Source: Planctomycetota bacterium (lineage in GTDB: Bacteria; Planctomycetota; UBA1135; UBA2386). From it: a DNA stretch of 64,000 nt. The position numbers and the translations under genes are program-made. Where the stretch lies: NCBI GenBank assembly GCA_965228735.1, contig OZ245838.1, positions 5,952,001-6,016,000 of the forward strand, given 5' to 3'. Positions within the stretch are counted from its first letter, which is position 1, and the number at the start of each line of letters is the position of its first letter. A model generated the notes under the pieces. That model did not search any database and was not told the DNA's origin. It saw only the letters and a program-made list of their open reading frames with translations. Below are positions 45,405 through 55,642 of the stretch, in pieces.

Positions 45405-48224
45405 ATGCGGTTGCTCGCCCTCGTCGTCGTTCTCGTCGCCGGTGTTCTCGCGCCGGTAGGTTCTCTCGCCGCTCAGGTGCCCGATCCGGACAGCCGGGGC
45501 GAGGTGCGGCCGTTCGCCCCGGGCGTGCGCTACGACCCGCAGATCCCGACTCTCGCGCAGGTCACTGGGCACGCCTTCGGTGAGTCGATCTCGAATCACG
45601 CCGACGTCGAGAAGTACGTCTACGCGCTGGCCGAGGCGTCGCCACGGGTCAGGTGGTTCGCGATGGGGCAGAGCTGGCAGGGGCGCTCGCTCTACTACGT
45701 GGCCGTCGCGAACGAGGACCGGATCGATCGCCTCGACGAGATCCAGGCCGCGATGAAGCGACTCGCCGACCCGCGCGGGCTCGACGACGCTTCGGCCGAG
45801 CGACTGATCGAGGCGACCCCTGCGGTCGGTTGGCTCGCGAACTGCGTGCACGGCGACGAGCCGTCGGGCACGGACGCCGCTCTGCTCGTGCTCTACCACC
45901 TGGTCGCGGCCGAGAACGATCCGGTCGTCGACACGATCCTGCGCGAGTGCGTCGTGCTCGTCGATCCGCTGCAGAACCCCGACGGGCGCGACCGGTTCGT
46001 GCACTCGACGCGCGATGCGCGCGGGCGCTGGCCCGATGCGACGCCGGCCAGCGCCGAGCACAGTCAGCCGTGGCCCGGCGGCCGCGTCAATCACGCGCTG
46101 TTCGACATGAACCGCGACTGGTTCGCGCTCTCGCAGCCCGAGACGCGGTCGCGCGTGGCCGCATTCCTTGCGTGGTGGCCGCTCGTCTACGTCGACCTGC
46201 ACGAGATGGGCGGCAACTCGACCTACTACTTCGCGCCGCCGGCCAAGCCGGTGAACGAGGAGATCACCGAGTCTCAGCGCGGCTGGCTCGACCGCTACGG
46301 CCGGAACAACGCGCGCTGGTTCGATCGCTACGGCTTCGACTACTTCACGCGCGAGGCCTACGACGCGTTCTATCCGGGCTACGGCGAGGGCTGGCCGATG
46401 TTCCAGGGCAGCATCGGCATGACGTTCGAGATGGCGAGCGCGCGCGGCATCGTCTATCGCCGGCAGAACGAGACGTTGCTGTTCTATCGTGATGGCGTGC
46501 AGCGCCACTTCGTCGCGTCGATGGGGACGCTCGAGACGCTGGCGAACGGCCGCAAGGACGCGCTGCGGGCGTTTCTGGCGCATCGTCGCGCCGGCGTCGC
46601 TCGCGGGCGGACGGGCGACGTGCGGGAGTACGTGTTCCCCGCGACCGGTGACCGCACGCGCACGGCGCGGCTGATGAACCTGCTGATCGCGCAGGGCATC
46701 GAGGTGCATCGCGCCACGACCGAGCTGCGGACGACCGCGGCGCGGCCGCTCGGTGCGGACCCCGAAGCGGTGCCCGCGGCGGGGCGCACGTTCCCGGCTG
46801 GCAGCTTCGTGCTGTCGATGTCGCAGCCGTCGAGCACGCTGGCGCGCGTGCTCGTGCATCCGCACTTCACCCTCGATTCGGACTGGCTCGAGGAGCAGAA
46901 GACCCGGGCCGCGCGCCGCCAGCGCACCGAGTTCTACGATCTGACCGCGTGGTCGATGCCGCTCCTGTTCGGCGTCGAGACGTGGCAGACGAGCGCCGCC
47001 GTGTCCGGCGAGCGCGAGCTGCTGCACCACGGCATGGCCAACGCCGGTGCTCTGCCGCTGCGGGTCGACGTTCCGAAGGTCGCCTACGTGATGCCCTGGG
47101 GCACCAACGGCGCGGCCGCGATGCTCGCCGAGCTGCTGCGTCACGGCGTGCGTGCGCGTTGCATCGACCGGGCGTTCACGCTCGGCGACATCGACTTCCC
47201 GGCGGGTTCGATCGTCATCAAGGTCAACGACCTCTCGGGCGCCGAGCGGACGCGGCTGCACGGCCGGATGCGCGATCTCGCGACGGCGCACGGCGTATCG
47301 GTGCACTGCGCCGACAGCTCGTGGGTCGACGAGGGCCCCAACTTCGGCACGAACCGCGCGCTCGATCTGAAGACGCCACGCGTCGCGATGCTCTGGGACG
47401 AACCGGTGTCGCGCTACTCCGCGGGCTGGGCGCGCTACCTGCTCGAGCAACGCTACGGCGTGCCGGTGTCGCCGGTGCGGGTTCGCGACCTCGGGCGCGT
47501 CGATCTCGACCGTTTCACGGTGCTGATCGCGCCGGCCGGCCGCGGCTACAGCGGCGAGCTCGGCAAGCGCGGCGTCGATGCGATCCAGGGATTCGTTCGC
47601 CGCGGCGGCGTGCTGATCACGTTCTCGAGCGCGACGCGCTGGCTGACGCAGAAAGACGTCGGGCTGCTCGCGACCGAGGCCGAGTCGCGGCAGCACCCGG
47701 ACGCGGATGGCGACGACGAGGCGAAGGAGAACGATGACGAGAAGGCCGAGCCGGCGAAGGACGAGGCCGGCGAGAAGGCCGTTGCCGCTGCGGGTCCGGG
47801 TGCGCCGGCGAAGAAGCCGAAGAAGGAGTTCGACTACGACCGCGCGATCCGCCCCGACGAGGAATCACCGCAGTCGGTGCCCGGTGCGATCCTCACGGTC
47901 GCGGTCGACGGCGAGCACTGGCTCGGCTTCGGGTACCCGTCCGGTCGCGCGGCCGTCATCCACGACTCGTCGAACATCTTCACGCCGGTCAAACTCGACC
48001 GCGGGACCAACGTCGCGACCTACGCGCCCGCGGACGAGCTCGTGCAAGCGGGCTTCGTCTGGGAGGACACCAGGCGGCAACTGCCGCAGAAAGCGTTCCT
48101 CGTGCACCAGCCCCACGGCCGTGGCCACGTGGTCGCTTTCGCGGAGGATCCCAACGTGCGCGCCTTCGCGGATGGTCTCAACCTCATGCTCATGAACGCC
48201 GTCCTGCTGACGGCAGGGCGCTGA
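45405..48224 (+). CDS. Secreted M14 family zinc carboxypeptidase with a C-terminal GATase-like domain
   Basis: Signal peptide, VHGDE, NPDG, DMNRDW, DLHEMG, GMTFE. Confidence 0.9.
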   Translation: MRLLALVVVLVAGVLAPVGSLAAQVPDPDSRGEVRPFAPGVRYDPQIPTLAQVTGHAFGESISNHADVEKYVYALAEASPRVRWFAMGQSWQGRSLYYVAVANEDRIDRLDEIQAAMKRLADPRGLDDASAERLIEATPAVGWLANCVHGDEPSGTDAALLVLYHLVAAENDPVVDTILRECVVLVDPLQNPDGRDRFVHSTRDARGRWPDATPASAEHSQPWPGGRVNHALFDMNRDWFALSQPETRSRVAAFLAWWPLVYVDLHEMGGNSTYYFAPPAKPVNEEITESQRGWLDRYGRNNARWFDRYGFDYFTREAYDAFYPGYGEGWPMFQGSIGMTFEMASARGIVYRRQNETLLFYRDGVQRHFVASMGTLETLANGRKDALRAFLAHRRAGVARGRTGDVREYVFPATGDRTRTARLMNLLIAQGIEVHRATTELRTTAARPLGADPEAVPAAGRTFPAGSFVLSMSQPSSTLARVLVHPHFTLDSDWLEEQKTRAARRQRTEFYDLTAWSMPLLFGVETWQTSAAVSGERELLHHGMANAGALPLRVDVPKVAYVMPWGTNGAAAMLAELLRHGVRARCIDRAFTLGDIDFPAGSIVIKVNDLSGAERTRLHGRMRDLATAHGVSVHCADSSWVDEGPNFGTNRALDLKTPRVAMLWDEPVSRYSAGWARYLLEQRYGVPVSPVRVRDLGRVDLDRFTVLIAPAGRGYSGELGKRGVDAIQGFVRRGGVLITFSSATRWLTQKDVGLLATEAESRQHPDADGDDEAKENDDEKAEPAKDEAGEKAVAAAGPGAPAKKPKKEFDYDRAIRPDEESPQSVPGAILTVAVDGEHWLGFGYPSGRAAVIHDSSNIFTPVKLDRGTNVATYAPADELVQAGFVWEDTRRQLPQKAFLVHQPHGRGHVVAFAEDPNVRAFADGLNLMLMNAVLLTAGR

Positions 48225-48227
48225 TCC

Positions 48228-49283
48228 ATGACCGACCTTCTCGCTTCGACCGCTGCTTTGCTGCTCGGTGGTCTCTTCGCCGCGGCGCCGCTTCCCGCTC
48301 AGGATGCTGCCGGACGCGCGCATCCGATGCCCGAGAGTCCGCGGTGGCTGACGTACGTCGGCGAGGATGGACCGGGTGGGGGCAAGCACGTCGTGCTCGT
48401 CGCGGCCGAGCAGGAGTATCGCGCCGAACAGGCGATGCCGATGCTCGCCAAGGTCCTCGCGAAGCATCACGGCTTTCACACGACGGTGCTGTTCGCGCAG
48501 AACCCGGACGGCCTCGTCAACCCGACGCAGCCGACGCGGCCGCAGGACAAGGAGATCGTCCACGACATCCCCGGGCTCGAGCATCTCGGCAAGGCCGATG
48601 TCCTGATCCTGTTCAACCGCTTCATCACGTTGCCGGACGAGCAAGTCCGCCACGTGATCGAGTACCTCGACTCGGGCAAGCCGCTGATCGGCATCCGCAC
48701 GGCCAACCACGGCTTTCGCGGCAACTTCCCGTACGAGGTCGGGGGCAAGCGGGTGCGGTTCGGCGACGACGTCCTCGGCGGCGCGTTCCGGGGCCATCAC
48801 GGCGGCTGGCACCGCGAGGCGACGCGCGGCATCCCGGTCGAGGAGAACGCAGACCATCCGATCCTGCGCGGCGTCGACGACGTGTTCGGTCCGTCCGACG
48901 TCTACCGCACGTATCCGAAGGGCAAGGGGCTGCCGGCCGGCTGCACGCCGCTGCTCATGGGGCAGCCGCTCACCGGGCTCGACCCGAAGGACCCGCCGAA
49001 CGAGAAGAAGGTCGCACTCCCGATCGCGTGGACCAAGCCGTGGACCGGCAGCGCGGGCAGGACCAGCCGCGTGTTCCATGTCACGATGGGCAGCGCGCGC
49101 GACTTCCAGAGCGCCGGCCTGCGGCGCCTGCTCGTGAACGCGGTCTACTGGGGCCTCGAGCTCGAGGACCGGATCGACGGCGAGCGCAGCGTCGACATCG
49201 TCGGCGGGTACGCCCCGCGCAAGAGCGGCTTCAACTACGAGAAGCTCGGCGTGAAGCCGATGCCGGTGTCATCGTTCCGGTAG
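48228..49283 (+). CDS. ThuA-like domain protein
   Basis: GKHVVLVAAEQEYRAE, IPGLEHL, GIRTANH, HPILRGV, PIAW, RVFHVTMG. Confidence 0.85.
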   Translation: MTDLLASTAALLLGGLFAAAPLPAQDAAGRAHPMPESPRWLTYVGEDGPGGGKHVVLVAAEQEYRAEQAMPMLAKVLAKHHGFHTTVLFAQNPDGLVNPTQPTRPQDKEIVHDIPGLEHLGKADVLILFNRFITLPDEQVRHVIEYLDSGKPLIGIRTANHGFRGNFPYEVGGKRVRFGDDVLGGAFRGHHGGWHREATRGIPVEENADHPILRGVDDVFGPSDVYRTYPKGKGLPAGCTPLLMGQPLTGLDPKDPPNEKKVALPIAWTKPWTGSAGRTSRVFHVTMGSARDFQSAGLRRLLVNAVYWGLELEDRIDGERSVDIVGGYAPRKSGFNYEKLGVKPMPVSSFR

Positions 49284-49294
49284 GAGGGCGGTGG

Positions 49295-50026
49295 TCAGCG
49301 CCGGCGGTGGCCCCAGATCTTCGTCAGGAGGGCGTGGCCGCGCGCGTCGCAGTGCTGCAGCTCACTGCGCACGAACGGGTAGAAGTCGTTCGTGCCGAAG
49401 TAGGCCTCGGTCGCCTCGGCGAAGTACTCCTGCTCGTTCGTGAGCGCGTAGTGCTTCTGCTTCCTGCCGTTCACGTGTAGCACCTCGTCGTAGACGCCCG
49501 CCTTCTTCGCGGCCCCGAACGCCGCGCGCACGCCCGCGTGCCCGTAGCCGAGCACCTGGTGGTGGTAGCCGTGCGCGAGCTCGTGCAGCACCATCCACGG
49601 CTGCTGCAACGTCCACGACAGGAAGTTCTTCGCGTTGGCGATCTCGACGCCGCGGGCGAGCTCCACCGGGTACTCGTGCTGCTCGAGCCAGCGCGGTGAC
49701 GGGTGGTAGAACATGCAGTTCTGCCGGTGGCGTTCGTCCTCGAAGCCGACCCAGATCGGGATCGCGCGGAGCTTGCCGAGTGCGGGATCGGGCACGACGC
49801 GGCGGATCTGATGCAGCTGCGCGCCGAGCTCTTCGAACACGCGATCGTGCAACGGGTGCTTGCCGAAGTCGTGCACGAGCCGCACGTCGAAGCCGTGGAC
49901 CTCGAGGTGTTCGACTTCGGGCGCGGCGGGTTGCGGTTCGCCACCGCGGCCTTGTGCCGATGCTGCCCGAGAGAGCGGGAGGAGCAGCGCGGCGGCAGCG
50001 GCGGCGAGCAGAGCGCGGGTCGTCAT
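49295..50026 (-). CDS. Secreted zinc metallopeptidase
   Basis: Signal peptide, VLHELAHGYH, YALTNEQEYFAEATEAYFG.NDFYPF. Confidence 0.85.
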   Translation of the reverse strand: MTTRALLAAAAAALLLPLSRAASAQGRGGEPQPAAPEVEHLEVHGFDVRLVHDFGKHPLHDRVFEELGAQLHQIRRVVPDPALGKLRAIPIWVGFEDERHRQNCMFYHPSPRWLEQHEYPVELARGVEIANAKNFLSWTLQQPWMVLHELAHGYHHQVLGYGHAGVRAAFGAAKKAGVYDEVLHVNGRKQKHYALTNEQEYFAEATEAYFGTNDFYPFVRSELQHCDARGHALLTKIWGHRRR

Positions 50027-50060
50027 GCCGGCACTCTATCCGCCAGCCGGCACCGACGGC

Positions 50061-51239
50061 TCAGTGCTTGTCGACGCCGACCTGGATCTTGGCGGAGCGG
50101 TGCTTGCCGCCGCGGATGAAGCTGACCTCGACGAGGCCCTCGTAGCCGGCGTTCTCCTTGGCCTTCGTGAGGTTGCCGTCGGTGGCGGCCATGCCATCGA
50201 TCTTCGTCAGGATGTCGTAGCGCTGCAGACCGCCGCGCTCGGCGCCACTACGGCGCGTGACGCCGGTGACGAGCAGCGTCTTGCTGCGCTCGAGGCGCAG
50301 CTGCGACGCGAGCGCGGCCGACGGCTTCTCGATGTTGACGCCGATGACGAGGCGGCCCTTCGGTCGCGCCGGCTGCGGCGGCAGCAAGACGCTGTCGATC
50401 ACGTGAACGACGCCGTTCTTGGCTTCGATGTCGGTGCCGACGATGTTCGTGCCCTGGACCTGCAGTCGGCCGCCGGCGATCGAGAAGCGCACCGGCGCGC
50501 CGTTGACCGTCTTGGCCGAGGCCGCGGCGATCGCCTGATCGGCGTAGATGCGTCCCGGGATCACGTGGTAGGTCAGGATGCTCTTCAGCTTGCCGCGGTT
50601 CTCCTTCTTCAGGAGTTCCTTGACCGTGCCGCCGAGCTTGGCGAACGCCTCGTCCGTCGGGGCGAGCACCGTCAGCGGGCCGTCACCCGAGAGCGTGCCG
50701 ACGAGGCCGGCCGCCTTCGCTGCGGCGAGCAGTGTCTTGAACGAACCGGCGGAGTTGGCGACGGCCGGGATCGTCTCGGTGGCCGGCATCATGACCGAAT
50801 CGATGACGTGGATGATGCCGTTGCTGCAGCGGATGTCAGTCTTGACGAGGCCGGCGCCGCCGACCGTGACCGTGTCGCCGTCCATCATCACGGGGAGGCG
50901 CTGGCCGTTGGCCGTGTCGAGCGAGGTGCGACCGAGCACGTCGCTGGCGGTCAGCGCGCCGGGCACGACGTGGAATGTCAGGATGCCCGCCAGCTGCTTC
51001 CGGTTCTGCTTCTTCAGCAGGTCGCCGAGCACGTGCTGGTCGAGCTTGCCGAACGCGGCATCGGTCGGGGCGAAGACCGTGAACGGGCCCTTGCCCTGCA
51101 GCGTCTCGACGAGCTTCGCGGCCTTGACGGCGGTGACGAGCGTGCCGAAATCGCCGGCCTTCACGGCGGTCGTGACGATGTCGTTCTGGGCGGAGATGCT
51201 CGCCGTCAGGGCGAGCGCGGTGATCATGAGTCGTTGCAT
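50061..51239 (-). CDS. Secreted tandem fasciclin (FAS1) protein with a C-terminal PDZ domain
   Basis: Two T-V-[FL]-APTD-x-AF...NG-[IV]-[IV]-HVIDSV units; C-terminal GAERGGLQRYDILTKIDG (PDZ-like). Confidence 0.92.
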   Translation of the reverse strand: MQRLMITALALTASISAQNDIVTTAVKAGDFGTLVTAVKAAKLVETLQGKGPFTVFAPTDAAFGKLDQHVLGDLLKKQNRKQLAGILTFHVVPGALTASDVLGRTSLDTANGQRLPVMMDGDTVTVGGAGLVKTDIRCSNGIIHVIDSVMMPATETIPAVANSAGSFKTLLAAAKAAGLVGTLSGDGPLTVLAPTDEAFAKLGGTVKELLKKENRGKLKSILTYHVIPGRIYADQAIAAASAKTVNGAPVRFSIAGGRLQVQGTNIVGTDIEAKNGVVHVIDSVLLPPQPARPKGRLVIGVNIEKPSAALASQLRLERSKTLLVTGVTRRSGAERGGLQRYDILTKIDGMAATDGNLTKAKENAGYEGLVEVSFIRGGKHRSAKIQVGVDKH

Positions 51240-51304
51240 CTGGTTCTCTCGTGGTTCCTCTGTGGCGCGCGAGTCGGTCGCGCCGCCCTCGGTTCAGGTG
51301 AAAT

Positions 51305-51330
51305 TTCGAGCCCGGCCGCAGATCGGATGC
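51305..51330 (-). promoter_or_regulatory. Candidate SigK-like ECF promoter GCATCC-N15-TCGAA
   Basis: Upstream of the fasciclin gene; resembles the mycobacterial SigK consensus as I recall it (CCATCC-N15-CCGAA). Confidence 0.45.
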
Positions 51331-51376
51331 AGAGGCCTCGCTTCCCGGCCCGATCCGGGCAATCTTTCCGCCGCCG

Positions 51377-52741
51377 ATGACCGACCCTGCCAGCCCGATC
51401 CGCCTGCCGACCCGTACGCACGTCGGCTACGCGTTCGCCGACGTCGGGCTCAATGCGGTCGAGGTGGCGCTGCGGCTCTACCTGCTGATCTTCTACACCG
51501 ACGCGGTCGGCCTCCGGGCCGACCTGGCGGGGCTCGCGCTCGCGCTCGGCCTGCTCTGGGACGCGGTCACCGATCCGCTCATGGGTGCCATCTCCGACCG
51601 CACCGCGCACGGTCGGTTCGGGCGCCGGATCTACATCTGGATCGGCGGCGCGCTCCTGGCCGCGGCCGTGCTGCTCCTGTTCACCCCGCCGGCGATCGAG
51701 TCGCAGTGGGGGCGCTTCGCCTATCTGCTCGTCGTCGCGTGCTTCCTGAACACCGCGCTGACGATCATCAACGTGCCCCACATGGCGATGGCCGGGGAGA
51801 TGACGCGGGATCCGGGTGAACGCGCCGCGATCTTCGGCTGGCGGTTCGCGTGCATGAACGTCGGCGCGGTCTTCGCGGCAGCGCTCCCGGCCGTGTTGCT
51901 CCAGCTCCGTGGTCAGCAGGACACCAACCAGGTCCTGGGGGAGTTCAGCCTCGTCGTCGCGTTCGTGGTGCTCGGTTCGGCGCTCGTGACGTTCTTCGCG
52001 ACGCGCCGTATTCGGTTCCTCGTGGTTCCGCCGCGGTCCCGTTCGTTCCTGCGCGAGATCCAGGAGGCGTTCGGCAACCCGACGTTCCGACCGCTGGTCG
52101 CCGTCTACGTCGTCGCGATGATCGGCATCGGGGTGAACGGGACCACGGCGCTCTACTACTACGGCTATGCCCTGGACCTGACCGACAAGCAGATCCAGAT
52201 CATGCTCGCGGTGTTCCTGCTGGTGTTCACGCTGTCGATCCTCGGTTGGGTCAAGCTGAGTCAGCGATTCGGCAAGGTCCGACCGATCATCGTCGGCGCC
52301 GGCACGCTCGGGGTCGTCACGAGCGTGCTGTACCTCGTCCTGCCCGCCGGCAACTTCGTCCTGCCGCTGCTGCTCGGCGCGGTCGGCCTCGGGTCGCTCG
52401 TTGGCTGCATCGTGCTCATCGATGCGCTGCTCACGGACGTCATCGACCACGACGCCGTGCGGACCGGGGTCCGGCGTTCGGGCGTGTTCTTCGGCGTCTG
52501 GCGCTTCACGTCGAAGCTCGCACGGGCTGCCGCGATGTGGGGGGTTGGCATGCTGCTCGACACGGTGGGGTTCGTGCCGAACGCCGAGCAGACCGAAGAC
52601 GTGCGCTTCGCGCTCTCCGTCATGTTCGGCCCGGGCGTCGGTCTGTGCTTCCTCGGTGCCGCGGTGTTGCTCGGGTACTACCGCTTCACGACGGGCAAGC
52701 AGGAGCAGGTGCGCCGTATCCTGGCCCGTCGTCGCATCTGA
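51377..52741 (+). CDS. MFS transporter, glycoside-pentoside-hexuronide (MelB-like) family
   Basis: LIFYTD, WDAVTDPLMGAISDRT..RFGRR, ER, DVID.D...G.RRSGVFFG; about 12 TM. Confidence 0.92.
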   Translation: MTDPASPIRLPTRTHVGYAFADVGLNAVEVALRLYLLIFYTDAVGLRADLAGLALALGLLWDAVTDPLMGAISDRTAHGRFGRRIYIWIGGALLAAAVLLLFTPPAIESQWGRFAYLLVVACFLNTALTIINVPHMAMAGEMTRDPGERAAIFGWRFACMNVGAVFAAALPAVLLQLRGQQDTNQVLGEFSLVVAFVVLGSALVTFFATRRIRFLVVPPRSRSFLREIQEAFGNPTFRPLVAVYVVAMIGIGVNGTTALYYYGYALDLTDKQIQIMLAVFLLVFTLSILGWVKLSQRFGKVRPIIVGAGTLGVVTSVLYLVLPAGNFVLPLLLGAVGLGSLVGCIVLIDALLTDVIDHDAVRTGVRRSGVFFGVWRFTSKLARAAAMWGVGMLLDTVGFVPNAEQTEDVRFALSVMFGPGVGLCFLGAAVLLGYYRFTTGKQEQVRRILARRRI

Positions 52742-52745
52742 GCGA

Positions 52746-54233
52746 TCACTTGCCGTCGAGCTGACGGAGCGCCGCCTTGGCGAGCGCTGCGACGGCGGGA
52801 TCGGTGTGTGACGCGAGCTCGTTCAGGCGCCCGCGAACCGGGCCGGCATCGATCTCGAAGATGCCGATCGCCGGGATCGCCTCGCGCAGGATCGCGATGT
52901 CGTCGCTGCGGATCGCGGCGGCTACGGCGGCTTGCACGACCGGGCGATCGCCGGCCGGAACGGGCGTGCGACCGATCGCGCGAGCGGCGCGCAGACGGTC
53001 GCGGCGGCTGCCGTCATCGAGCATCTTCGCGAGCGCGGCGGCGGCTTCCGGCCGACCCTCGGCGACATGCGCGAGGGAGCGCGCGGCGGCGAGTCGGATC
53101 GCGGAGTCGTGATCGAGGTGGAACCCGAAGGTCCCGCTCATTCCTTCCGGCAGCGACCACGCGACGTTCACTCGGCGTGGGTGCTTTTCGGTGAGCGCCG
53201 TTCGCAGCGCTTCGATCGCTTTCGCTCTGTCCGCGTTCCGGACTTCACGGAGCAGCCGGGCGGCGAGTTCCCGTTCGTACGGGCTCTCGCTCGTCAGGCG
53301 GCTGAGCCACTCGCGCCCGCCGTCTGCCGGGCCGAACTCGAGTCGGTGCAGCAATCGCGCCACCTCGCGCCGCGAGTACGCGATCGCTCGCCTCGGTCCG
53401 CCAACTGCGGGGCCGGCTCCGACGCCGCCGCCTCCGGCCGGGCCGCCGGCCGCCGGGCCGCCGCCGGCCTTGGGTCCTGCGGCGGGTCCTGCCGCTGGGC
53501 CGGCGGCGGGGCCGGCGCTCGCGAACGCCTTCAGCAGCACGGCGCGTTTGAGCGCTCGCTGACCGTCGACCGTGCCGAACGGCGCGAGCTCGGCGGCTGT
53601 CAGGACGGCGGGGCCGATCTCGGCGCTGTCGGACTCGACCGCGAGGATCAGTTCTGCGATCGCCGGCAACGCGGCGCCGGCTCGGGCCTCGAGCGCACGC
53701 AACGCGTCGAGCGCTGCGACCCGCGGGGCGCCCTCGTCCGCGAGGATCGCCGCGAGTGCGGGGACCAGCGCGGTGTTCCGTTGCTCGAGAACGGCCCGTC
53801 CCATGGCGCGCGTGCCGGGTGTCGAGCTCGTGAGCATCTCGAGGACCTTGCGCGCCTGATCGGTGTCGGGCAACGGATCCTGGACCGGATCCTGGATCGG
53901 GTCCTGATCCGGGACCCCGGCAGGCGCGCGCGGATCGTTCGGTTCGAAGGGTCCCTCGCTCGCGCCGCCGGCTGCGAGAACCGCGAGCACGCCGACGACC
54001 GTGACGCCGAGCAGCGCCGCAACGGCAACGAGCCACCGGCTCGAGCTCGGCTGTGGTGCCGCGCCGTGGACCAGCGCTTCGCGGCTCGACGCGTCGCTCG
54101 CGGCGAGCGTGCGCTCCAGCAGATCGGGCGCGGGTCCGACGCCCTCGGCTTCGGCGAGCAGCGTGTCGAACAGGCGGTCGTCGAGCTCGCGCTCGAGGCC
54201 CGTCACATCTTGCGGTTCGTCATCGTGGTTCAT
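52746..54233 (-). CDS. Putative anti-sigma factor: TM helix plus HEAT-like repeats
   Basis: Overlaps the ECF stop (ATGA); short acidic N-terminus, one TM, R.AA..AL repeats, low-complexity AGPA and QDP linkers. Confidence 0.7.
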   Translation of the reverse strand: MNHDDEPQDVTGLERELDDRLFDTLLAEAEGVGPAPDLLERTLAASDASSREALVHGAAPQPSSSRWLVAVAALLGVTVVGVLAVLAAGGASEGPFEPNDPRAPAGVPDQDPIQDPVQDPLPDTDQARKVLEMLTSSTPGTRAMGRAVLEQRNTALVPALAAILADEGAPRVAALDALRALEARAGAALPAIAELILAVESDSAEIGPAVLTAAELAPFGTVDGQRALKRAVLLKAFASAGPAAGPAAGPAAGPKAGGGPAAGGPAGGGGVGAGPAVGGPRRAIAYSRREVARLLHRLEFGPADGGREWLSRLTSESPYERELAARLLREVRNADRAKAIEALRTALTEKHPRRVNVAWSLPEGMSGTFGFHLDHDSAIRLAAARSLAHVAEGRPEAAAALAKMLDDGSRRDRLRAARAIGRTPVPAGDRPVVQAAVAAAIRSDDIAILREAIPAIGIFEIDAGPVRGRLNELASHTDPAVAALAKAALRQLDGK

Positions 54234-54808
54234 GACAGCTTCCTCCCGACACAATCACGCAGCGCCGCGCGCGCACGTTGCAGCGCGGTCTTCACGCCGT
54301 TCTCCTGCAGACCGAGCCGTTGGGCGACGTCCTGCCGCGAACGACCTTCACCGTAGAACAGGCGCACGATCTGCCGCGGGCGGCCTTCGAGACCGTCGAC
54401 GCATTCGCGCAGGGCCTCGACGCGGCGGTCGCCGTTGTCGTTCGGGCCGGCGCCGCACACCCGTTCGAACACCGTCTCCGCGGCAGTGGCGAGGAGCCGC
54501 GCCCGGCGGTTCCGGCGTTCGTTGCCGCGCAGCCAGAGGTGGCGGACGGTGTGCCGCAGGAACGCCGCCGTCTCGCGCTCGTCGCGATCGCCGACGCCCT
54601 TCTGCAGCGCCACGACGAAGGTCTCCTGGGTGAGATCATCCGCCTCGTCGGGCCGGCAGCCGAGCAGTCGGGCGAAGCGCCAGACCGCGCGCAGGTGGGT
54701 CTGCACGAGGTGCTCGGACCCGCACGACATGGGCGTGTCCGATGGCGTGTCGGGGGGCGGGGAGGCCGGGTCGGGCGCCGGGTTCATGGCAAGGGTCGCG
54801 CTGGACAT
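54230..54808 (-). CDS. ECF sigma factor
   Basis: VWRFARLLG...ADDLTQETF sigma2; LRECVDGL...RLFYGEG.S..DVA..LG...VKTALQRAR sigma4; GGAG RBS. Confidence 0.92.
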   Translation of the reverse strand: MSSATLAMNPAPDPASPPPDTPSDTPMSCGSEHLVQTHLRAVWRFARLLGCRPDEADDLTQETFVVALQKGVGDRDERETAAFLRHTVRHLWLRGNERRNRRARLLATAAETVFERVCGAGPNDNGDRRVEALRECVDGLEGRPRQIVRLFYGEGRSRQDVAQRLGLQENGVKTALQRARAALRDCVGRKLS

Positions 54809-54892
54809 CGCTAACAGCTCCCGTGAGAGGGGGGCAGGGTATTCCGCTGATTCCGGTTTCTGTCGCTGGGGGAGGTTGACGATGGAGCGCGT

Positions 54893-55642
54893 ATGACGGA
54901 GCGTCGGACCGTGCTGTCGTTCGTGATTCCGGCTCACAACGAGGAGCCCAACGTCGGTGCCACGGTCGCGAGCGTGCAGCGCGCCGGGCGGGCGCTCGGC
55001 GTGCCGTTCGAAGTCGTCGTCGTCGACGACGCGTCGACCGACGAGACGGCGGCCGTCGCGCGTGCGGCGGGTGCGCGGGTCGTCCCGGCCTCCGTGCGGC
55101 AGATCGCGCGCTCCCGCAATGCCGGCGCCGCGGCAGCCGAAGGTGAGCACCTGATCTTCGTCGACGCGGATACCGTCGTGACCGACGAGGTCGTGCGGGC
55201 CGCACATGCTACCCTCCTGGCGGGCGCCGTCGGCGGTGGTTCGGCCGTGCGATTCGACGACCCGATCCCGCGCTACGGTCGTCTGTTCCTGTGGCTCGGC
55301 ATGCCGGCATCGCGGCTCGCGAAGGTCGCGTTCGGCTGTTTCGTCTACTGCCGGCGCGACGCGTTCGAGGCGATCGGCGGCTTCGATACCGAGCTGTTCG
55401 CGGGGGAGGAGATCGAGTTCTCGCGGGCGCTCAAGCGACTGCGTCGCGGCCCCTTCGTCTGTCTGCGCGAAGCCGTCATCACGTCCGGACGCAAGCTGCG
55501 CACGTACTCCGCATGGCAGCTTCTCACGGCGCTCTTCCGGCTCTTCGTGCTCGGGCGCCGCGGCGTGCGGCGGCGCGAGGGGCTGGAGCTCTGGTACGGG
55601 CCCCGCAAACCCGACCCCGGGCAGTCGCAGCAGCCATCTTGA
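54893..55642 (+). CDS. Glycosyltransferase family 2
   Basis: SFVIPAHNEE, VVVDDASTD, RNAGA, FVDAD, GGFD...GEE, TSGRK. Confidence 0.92.
   Translation: MTERRTVLSFVIPAHNEEPNVGATVASVQRAGRALGVPFEVVVVDDASTDETAAVARAAGARVVPASVRQIARSRNAGAAAAEGEHLIFVDADTVVTDEVVRAAHATLLAGAVGGGSAVRFDDPIPRYGRLFLWLGMPASRLAKVAFGCFVYCRRDAFEAIGGFDTELFAGEEIEFSRALKRLRRGPFVCLREAVITSGRKLRTYSAWQLLTALFRLFVLGRRGVRRREGLELWYGPRKPDPGQSQQPS

Noticed and set aside
53400..53520. AGPA/GGPA low-complexity repeats in the anti-sigma gene
   Set aside because: Ordinary imperfect linker repeats
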